NCBI GenBank assembly: GCA_900234795.1
Contig: LT962688.1
Coordinates: 5,430,001-5,462,000 of the forward strand
Reading direction: 5' to 3'
Length of the DNA: 32,000 nt
Origin: Methylorubrum extorquens
Lineage (GTDB): Bacteria; Pseudomonadota; Alphaproteobacteria; Rhizobiales; Beijerinckiaceae
A program made the translations under genes and the position numbers. A model generated the notes under the pieces. It saw nothing but the letters and a program-made list of their open reading frames with translations, was not told the origin of the DNA and made no database searches. Below, in pieces: positions 1 to 9,253 of this stretch (its first letter is position 1; each line of letters opens with the position of its first letter).

Positions 1-1597
<1,597 letters not shown>

Positions 1598-1701
1598 TAT
1601 AAGATCCTGATCTTTCCCGAGCGAGATCCAACCGCCATGGTTGGCGCTATCGCAGGAGAGGTGGCGGCGAAGAAGTGCCTCGCGGCCCGACCGAACTGTC
1701 C

Positions 1702-1728
1702 TTAGCACTCGTCATACGGAAGTGCTAA
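1702..1728 (-). promoter_or_regulatory. CIRCE operator (HrcA binding site) of groESL
   Basis: ttagcactc-gtcatacgg-aagtgctaa matches the CIRCE consensus TTAGCACTC-N9-GAGTGCTAA with one mismatch. It lies between the putative promoter and the groES start. Confidence 0.85.
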
Positions 1729-1744
1729 TGCGCCGGTAGCCGGC

Positions 1745-1772
1745 GACATAGGAAGTCGAGGTGCTGTGTCAA
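1745..1772 (-). promoter_or_regulatory. putative sigma70-type groESL promoter
   Basis: The minus strand reads TTGACA (1772-1767), a 16-nt spacer, then TATGTC (1750-1745), immediately upstream of CIRCE. This is a motif match only. Confidence 0.45.
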
Positions 1773-2539
1773 AGCAAGTAACTGCGCTCGACCTGCCGGA
1801 ACGCTTTCCAAATTATTTCTATCGACGTCCTATGGCTAGTTAAAAAGTAGGGGGTTCACGCGCCTGCGAAGCACCTAATGTCTCCGGGAGCGCCGCGCTT
1901 CACCCGACAAGGACGTGTAGCCCTGATCCGGCAGCAGGGTCAGAGACTTCCCACGGCCGAGAGGACTGCGGGAAAGAAGGTCGCGTTTTTTTGAGGCTCT
2001 CCAAGGATCAGCCGGACAGCTCTCCGAAAAAGGCTGCTTGTACAAATCTTCCGGCGCGCCTACGCCCTAGTGATAAATAAATTGGAACAAATAACGCGGA
2101 TAAAATATTAGCTTAACTGGGCACCCGTGGAGGGTACCTGATACGAAAGCCGAGCCAGTGATTATTCTCGACCCTATCAGTGGAAAGCTCGTCACGATCC
2201 AGAGCCCGAAGCCGCGTCGGTTTTGCTGGTCCATCGTTGCGCAGGCCGCCAAGCTGCCGTCCTCGATCCAATCGTGTGGGCACCTTGGGGCTAGGTCTGC
2301 TTTGGTGTTCCTTTAATAAGGGAAAAACATTGGGGCTTGCGAGCTTATTAAGTTGTGTCGAGATTTTCTATAAAACCAGCCGTCGGCTGTGCGCACTGAG
2401 TACGAGCTTTCGCCCAGTCGTGCCGGCTCGATGGGATCGCTGCACCCGACATCGACGCTTCGTGCCGGCATTCGACCCGATGCTTTCACGCAAATGACTT
2501 CGTAAAACGCCGATTATGTGAAAAACGGATTGCTTGAGC

Positions 2540-3271
2540 ATGAAACACTTTAAGGCCCTGTTTGCGGCCGCTATCCTCTGCGCCCTCAGCGGCACCCACG
2601 TGATGGCAGACTGCCAAATCGCGGACACCAAACTCGAAGAGGCGATCCTCCAGAAGCCCGAGCTTCGCGGGCCAGCCAATCGGCAGACCGTGAGGGACCT
2701 GCGCAGCTTGCGGGACGCTGCTTTCACTTTGTGGTCGTACGGGCGTCATGCCGATTGCGAGCGCCTCATGGCCAACATCCGCGAACTGATTGCGGGCCCC
2801 GCCATGGGCAGCCTGGGCGACAACGACGAGGATGCGGCAGAGGAACAGTTCGCGGCCAGGGACCCGAAGGTCCAGCGCGGGGCCATACAGGGCCGACGCG
2901 ACGAGAGGAACGCTAAGCCGCTCGTCAGCATCGACGAGCTCGCGCCTGGCTTGCGGGCGGACCAGATCATCGGTGCAGAGGTTCGCAGCTCCGACGACAA
3001 GATCGTCGGTGAGGTCAGGAACATCGTCTTTGGCACGAAGGATCGGCGGGACTACGCGGTCGTCGCATCGGGTGGGTTCTTCACGCCTGGAAAAGACAGC
3101 ATTGTCGTCCCTATCCGATCTCTGAAGGTATCGCAGGAGCGGGATAGTTTCTTTCTTCCCATTCCGCACGCGGCGGTGAAGGGCATCCCTCTCATGCCGG
3201 ATCAGGATTACAAGTGGCTCTCGGATGAAGCCTGGAGAACCCGGAACGACGCGCTGCTCGCGCGTCCCTGA
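2540..3271 (+). CDS. secreted PRC-barrel domain protein
   Basis: The N-terminus MKHFKALFAAAILCALSGTHVMA looks like a signal peptide. The C-terminal stretch IIGAEVRSSDDKIVGEVRNIVFGTKDRRDYAVVASGGFFTPGKDSIVVPIRSL is PRC-barrel-like. An alternative TTG start at 2534 is possible. Confidence 0.7.
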   Translation: MKHFKALFAAAILCALSGTHVMADCQIADTKLEEAILQKPELRGPANRQTVRDLRSLRDAAFTLWSYGRHADCERLMANIRELIAGPAMGSLGDNDEDAAEEQFAARDPKVQRGAIQGRRDERNAKPLVSIDELAPGLRADQIIGAEVRSSDDKIVGEVRNIVFGTKDRRDYAVVASGGFFTPGKDSIVVPIRSLKVSQERDSFFLPIPHAAVKGIPLMPDQDYKWLSDEAWRTRNDALLARP

Positions 3272-3441
3272 TGTCCATTCCGGAGCTGAGGTCAATTGGC
3301 ATCAGGCCGGATCATCAAGCGGCTACCGCCGGGAGCGCTAGCCGGAAGTAGAACGAGATCGAGCCTTGCTCCGGGCCTCGGTATCGATGCCGGGGCCCCG
3401 CGGGGTAGCCGGACGAACCTCGGGCTGCACAGGACATCATT

Positions 3442-4671
3442 TTGAACGATCGTGGCTCGACCACTCCTTCCCACAGCGAACGGGAGTTGAAGCTCGAAGC
3501 GGAGATCGCCCGTTTGAGGCGGACCCTCGACGAGTCCGTGCAGCGCGTCTCCGATGGTACTCCCTCGACCAGAGTGGAGCACGAGCGCGAGATCGCTGAG
3601 GGCCGGGCGGCCCTGGCTCTTGAACAGGCGCGCGCCGCTGAGCTGGAGCGAGCTCTGGCCGGTCTTACCGCACGCTCCGCCTTGTTGGCGGCGAGCGAAG
3701 CCCGCTATCGCTTGGCAGTCGAGAGCGCGAAAGATTACGCGATCTTCACTACCGACCTCGCCGGCCGCATTTCCGGCTGGAACACCGGGGCGGAGAACCT
3801 GCTCGGGTGGGGGGCCGGGGAGGCCATTGGCCGTCCCGTGAACGTCATCTTCACGGCCGAGGACAACAGGGAGGCTGTTGCTGAGGAGGAGATGAGGCTG
3901 GCGGTCACCGAAGGTCGAGCCGACGACAACCGCTGGCATCTCCGCGAGGATGGCGGACGGTTCTGGGTCAACGGCCTGATGATGCCCATGCGTGACGACA
4001 CCGGTAGGCTGACGGGCTTTCTCAAGATCCTGAGGGATCTCACCGAAGCGCAGCTTGCCAGCGAGCATCAGCAGCTTCTCATCCATGAACTCAACCATCG
4101 GGTGAAGAACACCCTTGCCACCGTTCAGGCGTTCACGACGCAATCGCTTCGGTCTGCCGCATCCTTGCACGATGCTCGGGAGGCAATCACGGCGCGCCTC
4201 ATCGCCATGGCCAAGGCACACGACGTGCTCACCGCCGAGAAGTGGGAGGGCGCGGATCTCGCCCAGATCGTGGCCGATGCCTTGCGCCTTGACGGCGGCG
4301 AAGCGCAACGGTGCCGCTGCCGAGGAAAAGCTGTGCGGGTGGTACCTCGGATCGCCCTCGCTTTGTCGATGGTGCTGCATGAACTCGCCACGAACGCCAT
4401 CAAGTACGGGGCTCTCTCGAACGCGACCGGCACCGTGAACGTGTCATGGGCGACGATCGACACAGCGAGCGCGCCTGCCGATCCCCAGCTGCGCCTCAAC
4501 CTGCGCTGGGAGGAACGAGGCGGTCCGCCTGTGGTGCCGCCCAGTCGCAAGGGGTTCGGCAGCCGGATGATCGAGCGTGGACTGGCTGGCGCACTCGGGG
4601 GCGAGGTGCAGATCGGCTACAAACCCGACGGCGCAGTTTGTACTTTGGACATTCCCCTCGACCTCGCCTGA
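3442..4671 (+). CDS. PAS-domain HWE-family sensor histidine kinase
   Basis: The domain order is coiled-coil N-terminus, PAS (YAIFTTDLAGRISGWNTGAENLLGW), H-box HELNHRVKNTLATVQAF, HELATNAIKYGALS, then a WEE motif (LRWEERGGP). The only start in frame is TTG at 3442, preceded by agga. Confidence 0.85.
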   Translation: MNDRGSTTPSHSERELKLEAEIARLRRTLDESVQRVSDGTPSTRVEHEREIAEGRAALALEQARAAELERALAGLTARSALLAASEARYRLAVESAKDYAIFTTDLAGRISGWNTGAENLLGWGAGEAIGRPVNVIFTAEDNREAVAEEEMRLAVTEGRADDNRWHLREDGGRFWVNGLMMPMRDDTGRLTGFLKILRDLTEAQLASEHQQLLIHELNHRVKNTLATVQAFTTQSLRSAASLHDAREAITARLIAMAKAHDVLTAEKWEGADLAQIVADALRLDGGEAQRCRCRGKAVRVVPRIALALSMVLHELATNAIKYGALSNATGTVNVSWATIDTASAPADPQLRLNLRWEERGGPPVVPPSRKGFGSRMIERGLAGALGGEVQIGYKPDGAVCTLDIPLDLA

Positions 4672-4723
4672 GCCGCACGGTTTGGGAACTGAGGACGATC
4701 GAGCGTGCACCGAGAGAACAAAC

Positions 4724-6250
4724 ATGAGTCTTCAGGCTACAACCAGCACTCGGCCCGGCCCAGTGTCAGCTCGCCTTTCATCCGGCATCGGGGGGCTCGA
4801 CGAGATCCTAGGCGGCGGGCTCGACGCCAATCGGGTCTATCTTGTTGAAGGTCAGCCGGGGAGCGGCAAGACCACTCTGGCGCTTCAGTTTTTGCTCGAA
4901 GGAGTACGTCAGGGCGAGAGGACGATGCATATCTGCCTCTCGGAGAGCGGACCGGAGCTTCAGCTGATCGCCGAACGCCACGGCTGGTCGCTCGATGGGA
5001 TCGATTTGTTCGATTTGTCCTCTTCGGAAGCGAGCCTCGATCCTGACGACGAGCTGACGGTGTTCCAGCCCTCGGCAGTTGAACTCAGCGAGGCTACGAA
5101 GGGGATCATCGACCGGATCAAGGCCATCCAGCCGGCCCGCATCGTCTTTGACAGCCTGTCGGAGATGCGGATCCTGGCGCAAAGCCCTCTGCGGTACCGG
5201 CGTCAGATCATGGCGCTCAAGCACTTCTTTGCCAGCCAACCCTGTACCGTGCTGCTCCTGGACGATCTCCCCTCGCAGGGTGGCGACGTCCCCCTGCACA
5301 GCCTGGCACACGGGGTCGTGCTACTGGAGCAGAACCCGGTCGACTTCGGTGCGGAACGCCGCCGCTTACGCGTGATCAAGATGCGCGGCATTCAGTTCAA
5401 GGGCGGCTATCACGACTTCACCATTCAGCGCGGTGGACTGGAGATCTACCCGCGCCTGGTCGCGGCCGAGCATAACAAGCGCTTCCTCGGCGAGTTCACG
5501 CGGAGCGGCAATGTCGAGATGGATGCGCTGCTCGGTGGTGGCCTGGAGCGCGGCACGAACGCCCTGTTCATCGGACCTGCCGGCGTGGGCAAGTCGACGC
5601 TGGCGCTGACTTTTGCGGTCGCAGCGGCGCGGCGCGGGGACCATGCGGTCATCTTCGCCTTCGACGAGGGCCGCGGCACCATCGACGCCCGTGCCAAAGC
5701 CATCGGTTTGCCCATCGAGAATCTCGTGGCAGCCGGAACGCTGCGCATCGAGCAGATCGACCCGGCCGAGATGGCGCCCGGCGAGTTCGCCCATCTCGTG
5801 CGTTCCAGCGTCGAGCGTGACAAGGCCTGCATCGTCGTGATCGACAGCCTCAACGGCTATCTCAACGCCATGCCGGACGAGCGCTTCCTCATCCTGCAGA
5901 TGCACGAGCTTCTCAGTTACCTGAGCCAGATGGGGGTCGTCGCGATCCTGCTCCTGGCCCAGCATGGCTTGGTCGGGCCGATGGAGACGCCTATCGACAT
6001 CAGCTATCTCAGCGACGCGGTGTTGATGCTGCGCTACTTCGAAGCCGAGGGCCGGGTTCGACGAGCGCTGTCCGTGCTGAAGAAGCGAAGCGGGGCGCAC
6101 GAGGACACGATCCGCGAGTACCAGCTTACCTCAGACGGGATCAAACTCGGCCCACCGCTGACCGAGTTCCGGGGCATCTTCACGGGATCACCGACCTATA
6201 CCGGCACCCTCAAGCCGCTTATGCCGAAGGCCGCCCATGACCAGGGCTGA
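4724..6250 (+). CDS. kaiC: KaiC-family double-domain ATPase (KaiC homolog)
   Basis: 508 aa with two RecA/KaiC-like halves. Walker A motifs are GQPGSGKTT and GPAGVGKST; Walker B-like motifs are RIVFDSLSE and CIVVIDSLNG. Also present are GIGGLDEILGGGL, LLGGGLERG and LSVLKKRSGAHEDTIREY. The ATG at 4724 is preferred over the overlapping extension from 4577. Confidence 0.9.
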   Translation: MSLQATTSTRPGPVSARLSSGIGGLDEILGGGLDANRVYLVEGQPGSGKTTLALQFLLEGVRQGERTMHICLSESGPELQLIAERHGWSLDGIDLFDLSSSEASLDPDDELTVFQPSAVELSEATKGIIDRIKAIQPARIVFDSLSEMRILAQSPLRYRRQIMALKHFFASQPCTVLLLDDLPSQGGDVPLHSLAHGVVLLEQNPVDFGAERRRLRVIKMRGIQFKGGYHDFTIQRGGLEIYPRLVAAEHNKRFLGEFTRSGNVEMDALLGGGLERGTNALFIGPAGVGKSTLALTFAVAAARRGDHAVIFAFDEGRGTIDARAKAIGLPIENLVAAGTLRIEQIDPAEMAPGEFAHLVRSSVERDKACIVVIDSLNGYLNAMPDERFLILQMHELLSYLSQMGVVAILLLAQHGLVGPMETPIDISYLSDAVLMLRYFEAEGRVRRALSVLKKRSGAHEDTIREYQLTSDGIKLGPPLTEFRGIFTGSPTYTGTLKPLMPKAAHDQG

Positions 6251-7853
6251 TCCGAGCGAGGAACGGGTCCTTGTTCTGACCCCGACAGGGCGCGACGGTG
6301 TCGCCACTGTCGAGCTTCTACGCAAGGCTGGGCACGTGGCGATCGCCTGTCCCGATGTGAACACACTTACCGTCTCGCTCGAGGACGGGGTCGGGGTCGT
6401 TCTGGTCGCGGAGGAAGGCTTGCTCGGGCAGGCCGTGGAGGCGCTCGTGGCCTGGGTCGAGCATCAGCCGCCCTGGTCCGATCTGCCGTTCCTGATGCTG
6501 ACGAGCGACCGGGAGGCCCCTTCTATCGGGAGACTGCGGGAACAGCTGATCGGGCAGTTGCGGAACGTATCGCTCATTGAGCGGCCGGTGCAGCCCCTGA
6601 CCTTGTTGAGTGCGATCGGCTCGGCTCTGCGGGCCCGCCGACGGCAGTACCAGGTGCGCAGCCACCTCCTCGAACGGCAGCAGGCGGAGCACGATCTTGA
6701 GCGTCGGGTCGAGGAGCGCACGGCTGAGCTGGGGGTTTCGGAAGCGGCACTGCGGCAGTCCCAGAAGATGGAAGCAGTCGGGCAGCTGACGGGCGGCATC
6801 GCGCACGACTTCAACAACCTTTTGGCTGGGATTTCGGGCAACCTGGAACTTCTTCAGACGCGTCTGGCCCAGGGGCGGCTGACCGGCCTTGATCGCTACA
6901 TCAACGCCGCTCAGGGCTGCTCCAAGCGTGCCGCCGCGCTGACGCATCGTCTGCTCGCCTTCTCACGCCGGCAGACGCTCGCCTCCAAGCCCACCAACGT
7001 GAACGGCCTGATCGCCGGCATGGAAGAGCTGATCCGGCGAACGGTGGGACCGGAGATCACAGTGGAGGTTGTGGGGGCTGCGGGATTGTGGGCGGTGCTC
7101 GTCGACCCGCCCCAGCTTGAGAACGCGCTCCTCAACCTGTGCATCAACGCCCGCGACGCGATGCCGGGGGGCGGGCGCATCACCATTGAGACAGGTAACA
7201 AGTGTCTGGATGATCGTGTCGCGCGTGAGCGCGACACGTCACCCGGCCAGTACATCTCCCTGAGTGTCAGCGACACCGGCACCGGCATGTCGCCCGGGGT
7301 GATCGCGCGTGCCTTCGAGCCGTTCTTCACCACGAAGCCCGTTGGCGAGGGCACGGGGCTCGGGCTGTCGATGATCTACGGCTTCGTGCGCCAGTCGGGT
7401 GGTCAGGTGCAGATCTACTCGGAGATGGGCCAGGGCACGACGATCTGCCTCTACCTGCCGCGCCACTACGGCGAGGCCGAGGAGGTCGATGTTCTTGCCA
7501 CTCTGAGCAAGGCTCCTCGCGCGGAGGAGGGGCAGACAGTGCTGATCGTGGACGATGAGCCCAGTGTACGCACGCTCGTGACCGAGCTGCTGGAGGATCT
7601 CGGCTACACCGCGCTCGAAGCGGCTGACGGATCGGCCGCGCTGAAGGTGCTGCAATCGGATGTGCGTCTCGATCTTCTCGTCACCGATGTTGGGCTGCCA
7701 GGTGGTATGAACGGCCGGCAGGTGGCGGATGATCTGCCCCCACCGGGTGGTCCAGGCATAGAGTTAGTGCACGGTTGGCCTTTGCTCCACGGGTCGCTTG
7801 GCCGGCGGAGCCGGTGGGGTGAGCGCAGCCGGCCAAGCGGTGAACGCGGGTAA
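6237..7853 (+). CDS. hybrid sensor histidine kinase (pseudo-receiver, HisKA, HATPase, receiver), 3'-truncated by IS3 insertion at 7729/7730
   Basis: The ATG at 6237 overlaps the kaiC stop by 14 nt. The protein has an H-box GGIAHDFNNLLAGISGNLELL, an N-box LLNLCINARDAMPGGG, G-boxes DTGTGM and GTGLGLSMIYGF, and a receiver VLIVDDEPSVR...LDLLVTDVGLPGGMNGRQVAD. The last 124 nt of the ORF (7730-7853) are IS-derived read-through. Confidence 0.85.
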   Translation: MTRADPSEERVLVLTPTGRDGVATVELLRKAGHVAIACPDVNTLTVSLEDGVGVVLVAEEGLLGQAVEALVAWVEHQPPWSDLPFLMLTSDREAPSIGRLREQLIGQLRNVSLIERPVQPLTLLSAIGSALRARRRQYQVRSHLLERQQAEHDLERRVEERTAELGVSEAALRQSQKMEAVGQLTGGIAHDFNNLLAGISGNLELLQTRLAQGRLTGLDRYINAAQGCSKRAAALTHRLLAFSRRQTLASKPTNVNGLIAGMEELIRRTVGPEITVEVVGAAGLWAVLVDPPQLENALLNLCINARDAMPGGGRITIETGNKCLDDRVARERDTSPGQYISLSVSDTGTGMSPGVIARAFEPFFTTKPVGEGTGLGLSMIYGFVRQSGGQVQIYSEMGQGTTICLYLPRHYGEAEEVDVLATLSKAPRAEEGQTVLIVDDEPSVRTLVTELLEDLGYTALEAADGSAALKVLQSDVRLDLLVTDVGLPGGMNGRQVADDLPPPGGPGIELVHGWPLLHGSLGRRSRWGERSRPSGERG

Positions 7854-8633
7854 GAAGACCTCTGGCGCGGGCGGCCGATAGCCGAGTGCGCCATGCGGGC
7901 GGACGGTGTTGTAGTGCCGCCGCCAGCTCTCGATCAGGATCTGCGCCTCCCGCAAGCTATAGAAGATCTCTCCGTCCAGCAGTTCGTCGCGTAGCCGTGC
8001 GTTGAAGCTTTCGACGAAGCCATTTTCCCAGGGCGATCCTGGCGCGATGTAGGCCGTCTTCGCGCCCACCCCCATGATCCAAGCCTGCACGCTCTTGGCC
8101 ACGAACTCAGGGCCATTGTCCGAGCGAACATGCTCGGGCACGCCGCGCAGTATGAACAGGTCGGACAAGACGTCGATCACGTCGACTGCCTTGAGCTTGC
8201 GTGCGACCCGGATCGCCAAGCACTCGCGGGTGAACTCGTCAATCACGTTGAGCATGCGCACCTTCCGGCCATCGTGGGTGCGCGCTTCGACGAAGTCGTA
8301 GGACCAGACGTGGTCGCGCCGCTCAGGCCGCAGCCGCAAGCAGGAGCCGTCGTTGTCCCAGAGGCGCCCGCGCTTGGGTTGGCGGGTCGGCACCTTCAGC
8401 CCTTCACGCCGCCAAATCCGCTCGACGCGCTTGTCGTTGACGAACCAGCCGGCGGCCTTCAGCAGCGCGCAGATCTTGCGGTAACCGTAGCGGCCATACC
8501 GCTCGGCCAACGCGACGAGGTCGGCGGTGAGCGCGGCCTCATCCTCCCGGCCCCGCGGCACCTTGCGCTGCGTCGAGCGATGCTGACCGAGCGCCCGGCA
8601 GGTGCGCCGCTCGGAGACGTTCATCGTCAGCAT
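7764..8633 (-). CDS. IS3-family transposase OrfB (DDE integrase core), probably made as an OrfAB fusion
   Basis: The sequence NVSERRTCRALGQHRSTQRK...YGYRKICALLKAAGWFVNDKRVERIWRREGL...WSYDFV...HVRSDNGPEFVA...PGSPWENGFVESFN...YNTVRPHGALGYRPP is typical of the rve-type DDE domain. Confidence 0.9.
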   Translation of the reverse strand: MLTMNVSERRTCRALGQHRSTQRKVPRGREDEAALTADLVALAERYGRYGYRKICALLKAAGWFVNDKRVERIWRREGLKVPTRQPKRGRLWDNDGSCLRLRPERRDHVWSYDFVEARTHDGRKVRMLNVIDEFTRECLAIRVARKLKAVDVIDVLSDLFILRGVPEHVRSDNGPEFVAKSVQAWIMGVGAKTAYIAPGSPWENGFVESFNARLRDELLDGEIFYSLREAQILIESWRRHYNTVRPHGALGYRPPAPEVFLPAFTAWPAALTPPAPPAKRPVEQRPTVH

Positions 8634-8668
8634 GATGTGCTCGACACAGGCGCGTCGGCGCGCGGGGC

Positions 8669-8947
8669 TCAGAAGTTTCCCCGTGCCGCCTCCTGCAGGA
8701 TGAGCTTGTCGAGCGTCAGGTCTGCAATCGCCTTCCTGAGCCGCTGGTTCTCCGTCTCCAGGTCCTTCATGCGCCGGACCTGATCGGTCTTCAGCCCGCC
8801 GAACTCACGACGCCAGCGGTAGTAGGTAACCTCGCTCACGCCGATCGCCCGGATTGCCTCCGCCACGCTCGTACCTTGACCGATCAGCACGTCGGCTTGG
8901 CGCAGCTTCGCGACAATCTCCTCAGGCTTGGGTCGCTTCCTCGACAT
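8669..8947 (-). CDS. IS3-family transposase OrfA (HTH)
   Basis: MSRKRPKPEEIVAKLRQADVLIGQGTSVAEAIRAIGVSEVTYYRWRREFGGLKTDQVRRMKDLETENQRLRKAIADLTLDKLILQEAARGNF. The ATG is preceded by AGGAGGA. OrfB lies in the -1 frame. Confidence 0.9.
   Translation of the reverse strand: MSRKRPKPEEIVAKLRQADVLIGQGTSVAEAIRAIGVSEVTYYRWRREFGGLKTDQVRRMKDLETENQRLRKAIADLTLDKLILQEAARGNF
8675..8681 (-). promoter_or_regulatory. -1 programmed frameshift heptamer G GGA AAC (copy 1)
   Basis: Mirror image of 17811-17817, in phase with orfA. Confidence 0.6.
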
Positions 8948-9010
8948 CGATCCGTCCTCCTGGCTCGAAAGCCATACTAAAGGGCGGACCACTCCGCTGG
9001 GGGCGGATCA

Positions 9011-9250
9011 CTCCAGGAGTGGACCCGCGACCGAGTGCCCATCCCATGGGCCATGGCCCAGAACAACCTCGGCATTGCCCTCCAGCTGCTCGGGGAGCGG
9101 GAGAGCGGCACGGAACGCCTCCAACAGGCTGTGGACGCCTACAATACATGCCTGAAAGACGTCGTGGGGATCTGGCCGCCTGATCAGGTGAACGCTCTGC
9201 GTGAGCGCCGTGACCAGGCCCAAGCCGAACTCACGCGGCGGAAGAGCTGA
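9011..9250 (+). pseudogene. C-terminal fragment of a TPR-repeat protein, 5' end removed at the IS3 junction
   Basis: The frame is open from the IS junction: LQEWTRDRVPIPWAMAQNNLGIALQLLGERESGTERLQQAVDAYNTCLKDV...RRKS*. It has the same repeat unit as the next gene (RVPLDWA..NLG.AL..LGERESGTERL). Confidence 0.7.
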
Positions 9251-9253
9251 GTC

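Larger units (their letters stand above)
7730..9010 (-). mobile_element. IS3-family insertion sequence, copy 1 (1281 bp)
   Basis: The ends start TG and finish CA. The imperfect terminal inverted repeats are TGATCCGCCCCCAGCGGAGTGGTCC (inner end, 9010 downward) and TGATCTGCCCCCACCGGGTGGTCC (7730 upward). It has the orfA/orfB arrangement. All tracked ORFs are identical to those of copy 2, and spot-checked nucleotide stretches are identical. Confidence 0.9.

Noticed and set aside
3292-4380. Long antisense or alternate-frame ORFs: 3292-4380(-), 5366-6100(-), 8130-8783(+), 11855-13327(-), 15564-16679(+), 17709-18362(-), 19478-20188(+), 21285-22094(+), 25812-27173(-) and many shorter ones.
   Set aside because: Each lies opposite or over a gene with clear family signatures. 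They are Arg/Ala/Pro/Gly-rich with no recognisable motifs, the usual shadow ORFs of high-GC DNA where stop codons are rare.
4577-4723. Upstream extensions of tracked ORFs: kaiC from 4577, receptor from 10946, groES to 1708, IS110 transposase to 20590, SnoaL-like from 23200, methyltransferase to 31622, groEL to 1287.
   Set aside because: The extensions overlap the preceding gene or the riboswitch, lack homology to the family N-termini, and the internal ATG starts have better Shine-Dalgarno sequences.
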